From assembly GCA_016200135.1 (NCBI GenBank), contig JACQFI010000030.1, positions 8,656-72,655 of the forward strand: 64,000 bases of DNA, written 5' to 3'. Shown here one piece after another: positions 43,296-51,194 of this stretch; within the stretch, counting starts at the first letter, position 1; every line of letters starts with the position of its first letter. The translations under genes were made by a program, and so were the position numbers. Source of the stretch: Planctomycetota bacterium. Its GTDB lineage: Bacteria > Planctomycetota > SZUA-567 > H5-PLA8. Below the pieces are notes generated by a model. That model worked only from the letters and a program-made list of their open reading frames with translations. It was not told the origin of the DNA and did no database searches.

Positions 43296-44645
43296 TTAGG
43301 TTAGCCAATCCCCAGACTCAATCTTGGGCTTCAAGTATTGCTCCATGAAAGCAATATATCCGGATTTCATTGACGCATTGTCGCTTACAAATTGTCTGCG
43401 ATAACTATCGGCCATTCCTTCCAATTCAAGTTTTCCGCGTTGCGCTTCAAAGGCCTGGAGTTCTTTCTTCCAATCCTTCTTGGCGAAACATGGGTAGTGC
43501 GACATGGCGCGAAGGCGAAGCGCCCAGTGCTTCTCCCAACCTATTCGGTAATGCGCGGCATTCCCTGTTAGTTCCAGGTCTCCCGTGCGAAGCCCAAGGA
43601 AGCGAATGTCTTTCAACGCTAGTTCGCGACACTTCGCGTATGGGGCGGTCAGACCTCGCTTGAGCACCGAAAAAATAAAATAGCCCCAGGTATCGTTATC
43701 CGTGAGCAAATACACGGGCAACCTGAACTGGTCTTGGAGGTGTCTCAAAAATCTCCGCGTATGAGCGCGTGGGATTCCGCACGATCCTATGATCAACATA
43801 TCAAGGATCTTGGCGGCCCCACATGCCGCAAAAATGTTGGCTGGTGTGTTCTTTTCAACCAACAAGATACCTTGTGCCTTGCATCGAACGACCTCGAACG
43901 CATCGCCATGATCAGGAATATTCAAACCTTTTGAAATATGGTCTGCCTCTTTCTTCATGCCGTCTTGGAATCGCAGGGTCAAGGCGCCCCAAACCTTTGA
44001 ATGTGCAGCAGTCTTGGGGAGATATGGATACTCATTCTCAAAAAGGTCCTGAAAAATGCCGATTTCGTCCTCGTGAAAGGTGGAATCCTTTTCATCCGTA
44101 ATCGCGCGAAGCGAAGCCAAGGTTGGATTGTAACGCTTCCAACTATAGTAATAGCTCTGACTGAAAAGCGTCCGTGTTGGAACGGCAGTCTTTCGTGGAG
44201 TCGGCCAGCGCTTGATCCACTCGCATACGATGGGATTGAAGCCAGGCAGGAATGCAGGCGGGCGAATGCGATCATGGGGCCAATACCGCCGAATAGGCTT
44301 CCCCTTCTTGAATTCATAGACCGTCGGATCATAGGGCCACACGACCCAAACAATTTTCACACCGGCTTCGACAAGGTCTATCGCTTCATGCATTGAATTT
44401 TGATAACTATTTGTAGTGATTACGGCAAGGTCGGGACATACGCCGTGGTTTTTTCTGGACTCAATCAACCAGGATTTTGAAAGCCGGCTCTTGCGAATAA
44501 AACCTAGATCAAGTTGCTTGCAAGTGTATGGCGGCTTCTTAGGCCAAGTCCACCATCTATTTCGAAAGACGAGGCCGAGATCGTTCTTCTTGACGAACTC
44601 CGCCAGGCGAATGCGCCTCTTCATGCGAATACCCGCCGATCCCAT
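43296..44645 (-). CDS. fusion of degenerate Uma2/DUF820-like nuclease domain with Topo VI-A/Spo11-type (5Y-CAP plus Toprim) module
   Basis: Uma2-like LDLGFI...CPDLAVITT...AGVKIVWVVWPYDPTVYEF. Tyr cluster SQSYYYSW (Y165-167). Toprim Glu in GILLVEKNT (E264). IIGSCGIPRAHTRRFL. DxD in VYLLTDNDTWGY (D316/D318). IRFLGLRTGDL. KKELQAFEAQRGKLELEG. Low-GC gene. Confidence 0.65.
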   Translation of the reverse strand: MGSAGIRMKRRIRLAEFVKKNDLGLVFRNRWWTWPKKPPYTCKQLDLGFIRKSRLSKSWLIESRKNHGVCPDLAVITTNSYQNSMHEAIDLVEAGVKIVWVVWPYDPTVYEFKKGKPIRRYWPHDRIRPPAFLPGFNPIVCEWIKRWPTPRKTAVPTRTLFSQSYYYSWKRYNPTLASLRAITDEKDSTFHEDEIGIFQDLFENEYPYLPKTAAHSKVWGALTLRFQDGMKKEADHISKGLNIPDHGDAFEVVRCKAQGILLVEKNTPANIFAACGAAKILDMLIIGSCGIPRAHTRRFLRHLQDQFRLPVYLLTDNDTWGYFIFSVLKRGLTAPYAKCRELALKDIRFLGLRTGDLELTGNAAHYRIGWEKHWALRLRAMSHYPCFAKKDWKKELQAFEAQRGKLELEGMADSYRRQFVSDNASMKSGYIAFMEQYLKPKIESGDWLT

Positions 44646-44655
44646 TCTGACGGCA

Positions 44656-44800
44656 AATCGTCAATCGTAAATTGTAAATCGTCAATTCACTCGCCCGGAA
44701 TTCCTTCCTTCCCCGGCCGCTGCGCGGGCTCGATGATGCCTTCCCACGGGCTGCTGGCGGTTGCGTAGAGTTTCTTCGGGATGCGGCCGCTGCGTGCAGC
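44656..44800. repeat. right 145-bp direct repeat (functional 3' end of thiG plus ~30 bp downstream)
   Basis: See the left repeat. Both copies begin with a doubled AATCGTCAAT(T/C) 11-mer. Confidence 0.9.
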
Positions 44801-45508
44801 GAGATAGCCCGCTTCGCAGGCCAGGCCCATCGCGCGCGCCATCGCCACGGGGTCTTTCGCCAGCGCCGCGCCGCTGTTCAGGAGCACGCCCTCGGCGCCG
44901 AGTTCCATCGCGATGGCCACGTCGCTGGCGGTGCCGACGCCCGCGTCCACGATCACCGGGGCCTTCACCGTCTCGAGGATGATGCGGATGTTGTTGGGAT
45001 TCAGGACGCCTTGGCCCGAACCGATGGGGCTGCCCGCGGGCATCACGCTCGCCGCGCCCGCGTCTTCAATGCGCCGGGCCATGGCCGGATCGTCGCTGGT
45101 GTAGCAGAGCACCGTGAAGCCGTCCTTCACCAGCGTCTTGCAGGCCTCCAGCGTGCCCAGCGGCTCCGGCAGCAGCGTCTTTTTATCGGCGAGGACCTCC
45201 AGCTTGACCCAGTCCACCTCGAGCGCCTCGCGGGCAAGCCGCGCCGAACGCACCGCGTCTTCCGCCGTAAAGCAGCCCGCCGTGTTGGGCAGGATGATGT
45301 ACTTCTTCGGGTCGATGTAATCGAGCAGCGCCTCCGCGTGTTTCTGGCCCATCTCCACGCGCCGCACCGCGACCGTGACGACCTGGCAGCCGCTCGCATC
45401 GAGCGCCTCGCGCATGATCTCCAGCGAGGGGTACTTCCCCGTGCCGAGAATCAGCCGCGACCGCAGCGTGTATTTGCCCAACTTGAACGGTTCGTACGCA
45501 ACGGACAT
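44687..45508 (-). CDS. thiG: thiazole synthase
   Basis: 273 aa ([47 protein letters not shown]). GAGGAG lies upstream of the ATG. Confidence 0.93.
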   Translation of the reverse strand: MSVAYEPFKLGKYTLRSRLILGTGKYPSLEIMREALDASGCQVVTVAVRRVEMGQKHAEALLDYIDPKKYIILPNTAGCFTAEDAVRSARLAREALEVDWVKLEVLADKKTLLPEPLGTLEACKTLVKDGFTVLCYTSDDPAMARRIEDAGAASVMPAGSPIGSGQGVLNPNNIRIILETVKAPVIVDAGVGTASDVAIAMELGAEGVLLNSGAALAKDPVAMARAMGLACEAGYLAARSGRIPKKLYATASSPWEGIIEPAQRPGKEGIPGE

Positions 45509-45525
45509 CGGTGACTCCTCAGATT

Positions 45526-45600
45526 AAAACGTAAAGCGTAAAACATAAGCACAGCTTCGGCATCGAGCTTCTGATTATTACGTTTTACACTTTATGTTTT
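45526..45600. repeat. AT-rich 23-bp inverted repeat in the thiS-thiG spacer
   Basis: AAAACGTAAAGCGTAAAACATAA (45526-45548) pairs with TTACGTTTTACACTTTATGTTTT (45578-45600). 20 Watson-Crick pairs plus 1 wobble out of 23, with a 29-nt loop. Confidence 0.7.
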
Positions 45601-45617
45601 GCGCAAAGTCTTTTCGC

Positions 45618-45830
45618 TCACCCACCCCCCACAAACGAAACCACTTCCACCCGGTCGCCTTCGCAGAGGACTTTCGCGGCCCACTCCTTCTTGACGACCA
45701 GTTCCTTGTTCACTTCCACGGCGACGCGCTTCTGGCCCAGGCCCAGCACGTCCACCAGCGCGGCCACGGTCGTGCTGGCGGCGCACACCATGGGCTTCCC
45801 GTTCACGTGTACGGTCATCGGCGCGGTCAA
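45618..45830 (-). CDS. thiS: sulfur carrier protein ThiS
   Basis: 70 aa, ubiquitin-like beta-grasp pattern (VNGKP...VAVEVNKELV...GDRVEVV), C-terminal GG. Directly upstream of thiG. Confidence 0.88.
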   Translation of the reverse strand: MTAPMTVHVNGKPMVCAASTTVAALVDVLGLGQKRVAVEVNKELVVKKEWAAKVLCEGDRVEVVSFVGGG

Positions 45831-45919
45831 GCCTCCGGGCGCAGTGTACTCCCAAGGCCCGCGGCTGACAAAGCGCGCTTGAGCTTTGTGAGCGCCGGCG
45901 CGGCGGGTATCATGCGCGC

Positions 45920-47116
45920 ATGCCTGCCCCTGCGCCCGTGAAAGTCCTGCACCTCAGCGCCGCGGACATCATGCTCTACCCGATCCTCCGCGAGCAGCTC
46001 GTGTCCCTGCGCGATCTCGGCTACGAGGTCCACACCGCGAGCATCGACGGGCCGCTGGCGCGGCGGCTGCGCGACGAGGACCGCTTTCCCTGGACCGCGC
46101 TGCCGCTCACCCGCGCCGTCGCGCCGTGGCGGGACTGGAAGGCCGTGTGCTGGATCGAGGCCTTCCTGCGCGAGCAAAAATTCACGATCGTCCACACGCA
46201 CACACCCAAAGGAAACCTGATCGGCCAATGGGCGGCCAGGCGCGCGGGCGTGCCGATCGTGCTCCAGACGCTGCACGGCTTCTACTTTCACGACCGCATG
46301 CCGGCGGCCAAGCGCCGGCTCTGGATCGCGCTCGAACGGTTCTCGGCGCGGCACTCCGACCATATCCTCTGCCAGAACCCGGAAGACGTGGCGACCGCCC
46401 TGCGCGAAGGCATCGCCCGCGAGGGCCAGATCGAACTGCTCGGCAACGGCATCGGCCTCGACCGGTACCGCCCGGGCCTGCTCGGAACGGATGAACGCGC
46501 GGCCTATCGCGAGAGACTCGGCTTGCCCCCGGACGCGCTGGTGGTCGGCATCTGCGGGCGCTTCGTGGCGGAGAAGGGCTTCCCGGAGTTCCTCGAAGCG
46601 GGTCGGCGGCTCTTCGAACGCTTCCCCAAGCTCCATCTGCTCGCGGTCGGGCACAAGCTCGAGAGCGAGCGCGCCGAGGACCGCTGGGAACCGTCGCAGG
46701 CGCAGATGCCGCCCGGGCGCTTGACGGTGCTCTACGACCGCGACGACATGCCCCAGCTTTACGCGTGCATGGATATCCACGCGCTCCCGTCGCACCGCGA
46801 AGGCTTCCCGCGCGTGCTGATGGAAGGCGCCGCAAGCGGCCTCGCGCAGGTCGCGACGAAGATCCGCGGCTGCCGCCAGTGCATCGCGGAAGGCGAGACC
46901 GGTTACCTGGTGGCTGTGAACGACGCGAACGCGCTCGCCGAAGCTCTGGCCAAGCTCCTAGGCGGTGCGACGCTGCGCGAAACGCTGGGCCGGGCCGCGC
47001 GCGCCAAAGCGGAACGCGAGTTCGATCAGCGCAAGGTCTTCGAGATCGTCTCCGACGCGTATGCTCGGTTGCTCGAGCGGAAGGGCCTTCAAGGCCCGGC
47101 GCGGGGAGGCGGATGA
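45920..47116 (+). CDS. glycosyltransferase family 4 (GT-B fold)
   Basis: N-terminus KVLHLSAAD...HTHTPKG. C-terminal E-x7-E region (PSHREGFPRVLMEGAASGL). 398 aa. Confidence 0.85.
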   Translation: MPAPAPVKVLHLSAADIMLYPILREQLVSLRDLGYEVHTASIDGPLARRLRDEDRFPWTALPLTRAVAPWRDWKAVCWIEAFLREQKFTIVHTHTPKGNLIGQWAARRAGVPIVLQTLHGFYFHDRMPAAKRRLWIALERFSARHSDHILCQNPEDVATALREGIAREGQIELLGNGIGLDRYRPGLLGTDERAAYRERLGLPPDALVVGICGRFVAEKGFPEFLEAGRRLFERFPKLHLLAVGHKLESERAEDRWEPSQAQMPPGRLTVLYDRDDMPQLYACMDIHALPSHREGFPRVLMEGAASGLAQVATKIRGCRQCIAEGETGYLVAVNDANALAEALAKLLGGATLRETLGRAARAKAEREFDQRKVFEIVSDAYARLLERKGLQGPARGGG

Positions 47117-47973
47117 TGCGCGCGCTGCGGATCGCATCGAATCCGATTGTCACTCAGGCGCTGCACGCCTCCCTGGGCGACAGTATCAACGGCCCGTCGC
47201 TCATTCGCGTGCCGGGCTGGCTGCCGAACCCGCTCGGACGCTACTACCTTTATTTTGCGCATCACCAGGGAACCTACGTTCGGATGGCGTATGCCGACCA
47301 GGTCGAAGGCCCGTACCGCATTCATCCGCCGGGTACGCTGCGCTTGGACGCAACGCCCTTCCACGGCCATATCGCCTCGCCGGACGTGCACGTGGACGAA
47401 GCGCGCCGCGAGATCCGCATGTATTACCATGGCCCGCATGTGCGCGGCGGGCAGTGGACCGCCGTGGCCCGTTCAAACGACGGCCTGTACTTCGAATCCG
47501 GCGCCGAACTCTTCGGACCCTCCTACTTCCGCGTCTTCGCCTGGGACGGCTGGCACTACGCACTGGCGATGCCCGGCCTCTTCTTCCGCTCCCGCGACGG
47601 GTTGACCAAGTTCGAGCCCGGCCCCAAGCTCTTCGGCGATGAGCAGCGCCACAGCGCGCTCCTGCTTCGCGGCGGCGAACTCACGGTGCTCTACACCAAC
47701 GCCGGCGACTGCCCCGAACGCATCCTCGCTTCCCGCATCCGGCTCACGGAAGATTGGAACACCTGGCACGCCTCGCCGCCGGAAACGCTGCTCGAACCCG
47801 AGACCGATTGGGAAGGCGCTAAGGAAGCGCTCAAGCCAAGCAAACGCGGGAGCGTCTACACGCTGGTCCGGCAGCTCCGCGATCCGTGCGTTTACGCGGA
47901 AGAAGGAAAGCTCTGGCTGGTCTACGCGGCCGGCGGCGAACACAGTCTGGCCATGGCGCGGCTGGAATTCTGA
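47113..47973 (+). CDS. hypothetical protein, possibly beta-propeller glycoside-hydrolase-like
   Basis: Start at ATG 47113/47116 overlapping the glycosyltransferase stop (ATGATGA). The upstream part of ORF 46765..47973 is Arg-rich shadow sequence. Repeated aromatic/Gly beta-strand pattern (YYLYFAHH, RMYYHG, WHYALAMPG, LWLVYAAGG). Fold assignment is tentative. Confidence 0.55.
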   Translation: MMRALRIASNPIVTQALHASLGDSINGPSLIRVPGWLPNPLGRYYLYFAHHQGTYVRMAYADQVEGPYRIHPPGTLRLDATPFHGHIASPDVHVDEARREIRMYYHGPHVRGGQWTAVARSNDGLYFESGAELFGPSYFRVFAWDGWHYALAMPGLFFRSRDGLTKFEPGPKLFGDEQRHSALLLRGGELTVLYTNAGDCPERILASRIRLTEDWNTWHASPPETLLEPETDWEGAKEALKPSKRGSVYTLVRQLRDPCVYAEEGKLWLVYAAGGEHSLAMARLEF

Positions 47974-47974
47974 A

Positions 47975-48730
47975 TTAAGGCGCGCTTGCTTTCATGCACT
48001 GGCTGCACGGCCGCCGCCCGCTCGCGCGCGCGTCCTCTTCGGAGCGGAAGCCGACGTAGTGCGCCGCCGAGATGCGCTTGGCCTGCGCGCACTCGGCGCG
48101 GTGGAAGACCTCCCCGGCGCTTGAAGCACAGAACGGGAACGCCGCTTCTTTCTCGGGCGCACGCGCCAGCCCCCAGAGCCCCGCCTTGGCCTCTTTGGCC
48201 TGTTCCTCGATCTTCTGATACGCGGCGCGTTCGGCGGGCGATAGCCCTAGGCCCAGGACCTTGGCGAGGCCCTCCTTTAAGAGCGTGGTCTCGACGTTCA
48301 GCTCGTCGGCGGGTTTCGCTTGGGCAGTATCCGCGTTCGCATCCGCCACCACGGTCAGCCGGGCAACCAGGCGGCCGTACGGGTCGAGCGGTTCCGGGCC
48401 CAAGTGGATGCGTACGGCCTTCTGTTCGACCAAGGCGCGGTTGCGCGCGGCGGCCTCCTCGCCCAGGGGCGCCGCTTCCTTGAGCCACCGGCCGGTCTCG
48501 GGCGCGTTCACGCCCAAGTAACGGACGTGCAGGCCGTTCTCGAGTTCCACCGTGTCGCCGTCCACCACCTTCCGCACGCGGTAGATGCCGCCGTCGGCCA
48601 CGGAGAGTTCCACGCGGCGTGGGCCTTGCGCCTCGGACTTGGGGGCGCCCTGCGCGTAAAGAAACTGAAGGAGGAATGTGCCTGCGACTCCGGCGGCGCA
48701 GGCCAAGGCGTGCGTGATCCAACGGCGCAT
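47975..48730 (-). CDS. secreted thermonuclease (staphylococcal nuclease-like) with C-terminal Cys/His metal-binding tail
   Basis: Start at ATG 48730 (AGGAGG upstream) giving MRRWITHALACAAGVAGTFLLQFLYAQG (signal peptide). SNase core VVDGDTVEL...VRYLGVNAPE...YGRLVARL. The tail FHRAECAQAK...GRRPCSQC resembles an Ada-type Zn ribbon. Confidence 0.78.
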   Translation of the reverse strand: MRRWITHALACAAGVAGTFLLQFLYAQGAPKSEAQGPRRVELSVADGGIYRVRKVVDGDTVELENGLHVRYLGVNAPETGRWLKEAAPLGEEAAARNRALVEQKAVRIHLGPEPLDPYGRLVARLTVVADANADTAQAKPADELNVETTLLKEGLAKVLGLGLSPAERAAYQKIEEQAKEAKAGLWGLARAPEKEAAFPFCASSAGEVFHRAECAQAKRISAAHYVGFRSEEDARASGRRPCSQCMKASAP

Positions 48731-48786
48731 GAAATACCTCCTTTTCACCGCAAAGACGCGGAGGCGCGGTGACCAACATGGTGAGC

Positions 48787-49040
48787 CCACGAATCTACAC
48801 GAAGGGATGCGAAGCGGAACGAGGATTATCCACGAAGGGCACGCAAGAACACGAAGAAAGGACGAGCATGGATACGGTCCACGAATCTGCACCAATCAAC
48901 ACGAATGGGAATGACAAGGAGTGCAGATTAACATGGCCATACGCGGATGGGTTTCAACGGAGCATGTTAATGTGGACGCCCATTCCCCTGTATGGGCGGA
49001 TATCAAAATCGTCTTCGTAAAAATTCGTGCACATTCGTGG
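48787..49040. repeat. MITE-like element with 17-bp terminal inverted repeats and an internal CACGAA hexamer array
   Basis: Left end CCACGAATCTACACGAA (48787-48803). The right end, reverse-complemented, is CCACGAATGTGCACGAA (49024-49040), 15/17 identical. A third internal copy lies at 48879. Six forward CACGAA copies between 48788 and 48905. Low GC and no credible ORF. Confidence 0.6.
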
Positions 49041-49082
49041 ACCGGGCTGTTCACCGTGTCTCTGCGGTGAAGAGGCGTCACG

Positions 49083-51194
49083 TTACGAACGGCCGACTTT
49101 GCGTTCGAGCTCGTCCCAGGTGAGTTCCACCGCGAGCGGGCGGCCGTGGGGGCAGGTGTAGCCGCGCATGCCGACGCGGGCGTGGTACTCGTGCAGGAGC
49201 GCCGCCATCTGCTCGTGGCTCAGGCGTTCGCCGGCCTTGATGGCGCCCTTGCAGGAACAGACGTACGCGGCCTTCTCGCGCAACTGTTCCCGGCCCGGGA
49301 TTTTTTTGCCGGCCAGCCTTTCTTCGGAAACGCCCGCGAGCGCCTCGAGGACCTCGCGGACGAACGTGGCGGCCTGGGCCGATTTCAGGCAGGCGGGCAC
49401 CGCCGCGACGGCCACGGCGCGGGGGCCGAAGGGTTCGGCGGCAAACCCGAGTTCCTCCAGGACCGCGCGGGCTTCGTCTGACGCGAAGGCCGCGGCTTGC
49501 GCGGGCGTCAGTTCCAGCGTTTCGGGGATGAGCAGGCCCTGGCGGTCGGCGCGGCCGGAACGGGCCCGCGCGAGGAGTTCCTCGAAGAGGATGCGTTCGT
49601 GAAGCGCGTGCTGGTCGAAGATACGCAGGCCGGTCTCGTCTTCGGCGAGGATATACATCGCGGCGGCTTGGCCGATGATGCGGAACGGCGGCGCGGGACG
49701 GCGCTCCGCAGGGGACGGGGGAAGGGGGGCGTGGGACGCGGAGGCGCGCTCGGCCAGGGACGCTCGGCCAGGGACGCGGGGCGCGGAGACTGGGGCGGAG
49801 GCGCTGTGCGCTGCCGAGCCAAAGGTTGCCGGCGCTTCGGCGGCCTGGGATGCCTTCTCGTCCGGCTCTGCGTTCCGCGTTCCGCGTTCCGCGTCCCGCG
49901 CCTTTCCGTGGCTGTCGCGCCAGCGTTCGAACGCGGCTGAAGCGTGCGGCGCGAACGGAAGAATGGGCTCGGGGCGCGCGCGGTCTTCCGTCATGAGCTC
50001 CGCGCCCCCCGCCCCGCGTCCTCCGTCCCGCTCCTCTGGAACCGGCGCGGCGAAGGCCTCGCGGACGGCGTGATGGAAGAGCGAGAAGATCAGGCCCGGG
50101 ATGCGGAAGCGGACCTCGGCCTTGGTCGGGTGGACGTTGACGTCCACGTCGAGGCCGGGGCATTCGAGGTACAGGACGGCGGCGGGGTAGCGTTTGGGCG
50201 GCAGGAGGTGGCGGAAGGCTTCGAGCAGCGCCGTGGTGAGCGTGCGGTCTTTGACGGCGCGGCCGTTCACCGCGAGGTAGATGTGCGACCGGTCGGAACG
50301 CGATCGGGCCGGGGGCGTGACAAGCCCATAGAGCCGGTAGCCGCGGACGGGGCCGGTTTCATCCGCAGAGGAAGGTCCTTCGGCGCGCAGGGGCACGAGG
50401 TCCCGGGCGGCGTCACGGCCGAGGGCTTCCGCGGCGCGCCTAAGATAGGCTTCGAAAGGGAACTCGGCGGGAGCGGTTTCCACCCCAGATCCGCCGGGCG
50501 CGGGCCAGGCGGCGCAGGCGAGCAACTCCTGGCGGCCTTGAGTCAGGGTAAACGCGACCTCGGGGCGGAGCAGCGCGAGGCGCAGGAGCGTATCGGCGCA
50601 GGCGGCGGCCTCGGCGCCGGCCCCTTTCAGAAACTTCTTGCGCGCGGGCAGATTGTAGAAGAGATCGCGGACCTCCACGGTGGTCCCGCAGGCGCCCGCA
50701 GCGGGCGCGAGCGCGGCACTCGCGCCGCCTTCCACCACGATGCGCCAGGCGCCCTCGTCGGAAGGCTCGGTCGCGCCAGCGCTCGAGCCTGCCTGCAGGC
50801 GGGCGCGCGTGGTGAGTGTCATGCGGGAGACGGAGCCGATCGAGGGGAGCGCCTCGCCACGGAAGCCGAGGGTCGCGAGGGTATAGAGGTCGTCGGCGGA
50901 GCGCAGTTTGGACGTCGCGTGGCGGAGCACCGAGCGTTCCAGATCCGCGCGGGACATGCCGCAGCCGTCGTCGGAGACGCGGACGAGGTCCCGGCCGCCG
51001 CCTTCGATGGACACGTGGACGGCGTTGGCGCCCGCGTCGAGGGCGTTCTCGACGAGTTCCTTCAGGACGCTGGCGGGCCGTTCGATGACCTCGCCGGCCG
51101 CGATGCGCGACTTGACGTCGTCCGGGAGCACCCGAATGCACGGCCCGGAAGCCAGGGCGGACGGGCGCGCCGAGGTGGCGCGGGAGGCGTTCAC
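49083..51194 (-). CDS. mutL: DNA mismatch repair protein MutL
   Basis: GHKL N-terminus (IAAGEVIERPASVLKELVENALDAGA, DDGCGM, LGFRGEALPSI). Long Ala/Pro/Arg-rich linker. C-terminal dimerisation/endonuclease region (QHALHERILFE, CKGAIKAG, CPHGRP). Confidence 0.92.
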   Translation of the reverse strand: MNASRATSARPSALASGPCIRVLPDDVKSRIAAGEVIERPASVLKELVENALDAGANAVHVSIEGGGRDLVRVSDDGCGMSRADLERSVLRHATSKLRSADDLYTLATLGFRGEALPSIGSVSRMTLTTRARLQAGSSAGATEPSDEGAWRIVVEGGASAALAPAAGACGTTVEVRDLFYNLPARKKFLKGAGAEAAACADTLLRLALLRPEVAFTLTQGRQELLACAAWPAPGGSGVETAPAEFPFEAYLRRAAEALGRDAARDLVPLRAEGPSSADETGPVRGYRLYGLVTPPARSRSDRSHIYLAVNGRAVKDRTLTTALLEAFRHLLPPKRYPAAVLYLECPGLDVDVNVHPTKAEVRFRIPGLIFSLFHHAVREAFAAPVPEERDGGRGAGGAELMTEDRARPEPILPFAPHASAAFERWRDSHGKARDAERGTRNAEPDEKASQAAEAPATFGSAAHSASAPVSAPRVPGRASLAERASASHAPLPPSPAERRPAPPFRIIGQAAAMYILAEDETGLRIFDQHALHERILFEELLARARSGRADRQGLLIPETLELTPAQAAAFASDEARAVLEELGFAAEPFGPRAVAVAAVPACLKSAQAATFVREVLEALAGVSEERLAGKKIPGREQLREKAAYVCSCKGAIKAGERLSHEQMAALLHEYHARVGMRGYTCPHGRPLAVELTWDELERKVGRS

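Larger units (their letters stand above)
42913..44800. mobile_element. putative integrated element / insertion at the thiG 3' end (repeat-bracketed, low GC, no recognisable integrase)
   Basis: 145-bp direct repeats flank about 1.6 kb of AT-richer DNA. That DNA carries a DUF433-like ORF and a Uma2/Topo VI-A-like ORF. The left repeat duplicates the thiG tail. Confidence 0.5.

Noticed and set aside
42913-44800. Search for an integrase, transposase or tRNA target associated with the thiG island
   Set aside because: No tyrosine or serine recombinase or DDE transposase motifs appear in any frame between or next to the repeats. The nearby tRNA-Phe (34967-35042) is 8 kb away and unrelated. The element is therefore reported as an insertion with unknown mobilisation, not as a classical integrative element.
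45831-45919. Possible TPP (THI-box) riboswitch upstream of thiS
   Set aside because: The spacer is only ~90 bp and overlaps the divergent glycosyltransferase promoter region. Neither strand contains the conserved CUGAGA or the pyrimidine-sensing helix consensus.
45827-47153. Minus-strand ORFs 45827..46795 and 46182..47153, and the N-terminal extension 46765..47112 of the 402-aa plus ORF
   Set aside because: They overlap the clearly coding GT4 glycosyltransferase and have extreme Arg/Pro/Ala/Gly content. The downstream gene more plausibly starts at the ATGATGA overlap at 47113.
48787-49040. CACGAA repeat array as a possible CRISPR array
   Set aside because: Repeat units are only 6-17 bp, spacing is irregular (10-33 bp), copies occur in both orientations, and no cas genes are present. 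An inverted-repeat-bounded MITE/REP-like element fits better.
49870-49897. Heptanucleotide tandem repeat (GCGTTCC x3 plus GCGTCCC) inside the mutL linker as a slipped-strand mutator switch
   Set aside because: There are only three perfect units, which together encode an in-frame 7-aa segment (ERGTRNA) of a low-complexity linker. That is too short to argue for phase variation without population data.
49078-50163. 361-aa alternative-frame ORF inside mutL, plus the plus-strand ORFs 49944..51245 and 50908..51666
   Set aside because: Composition is extreme in Arg/Pro/Gly. The MutL frame carries the GHKL and C-terminal endonuclease motifs.
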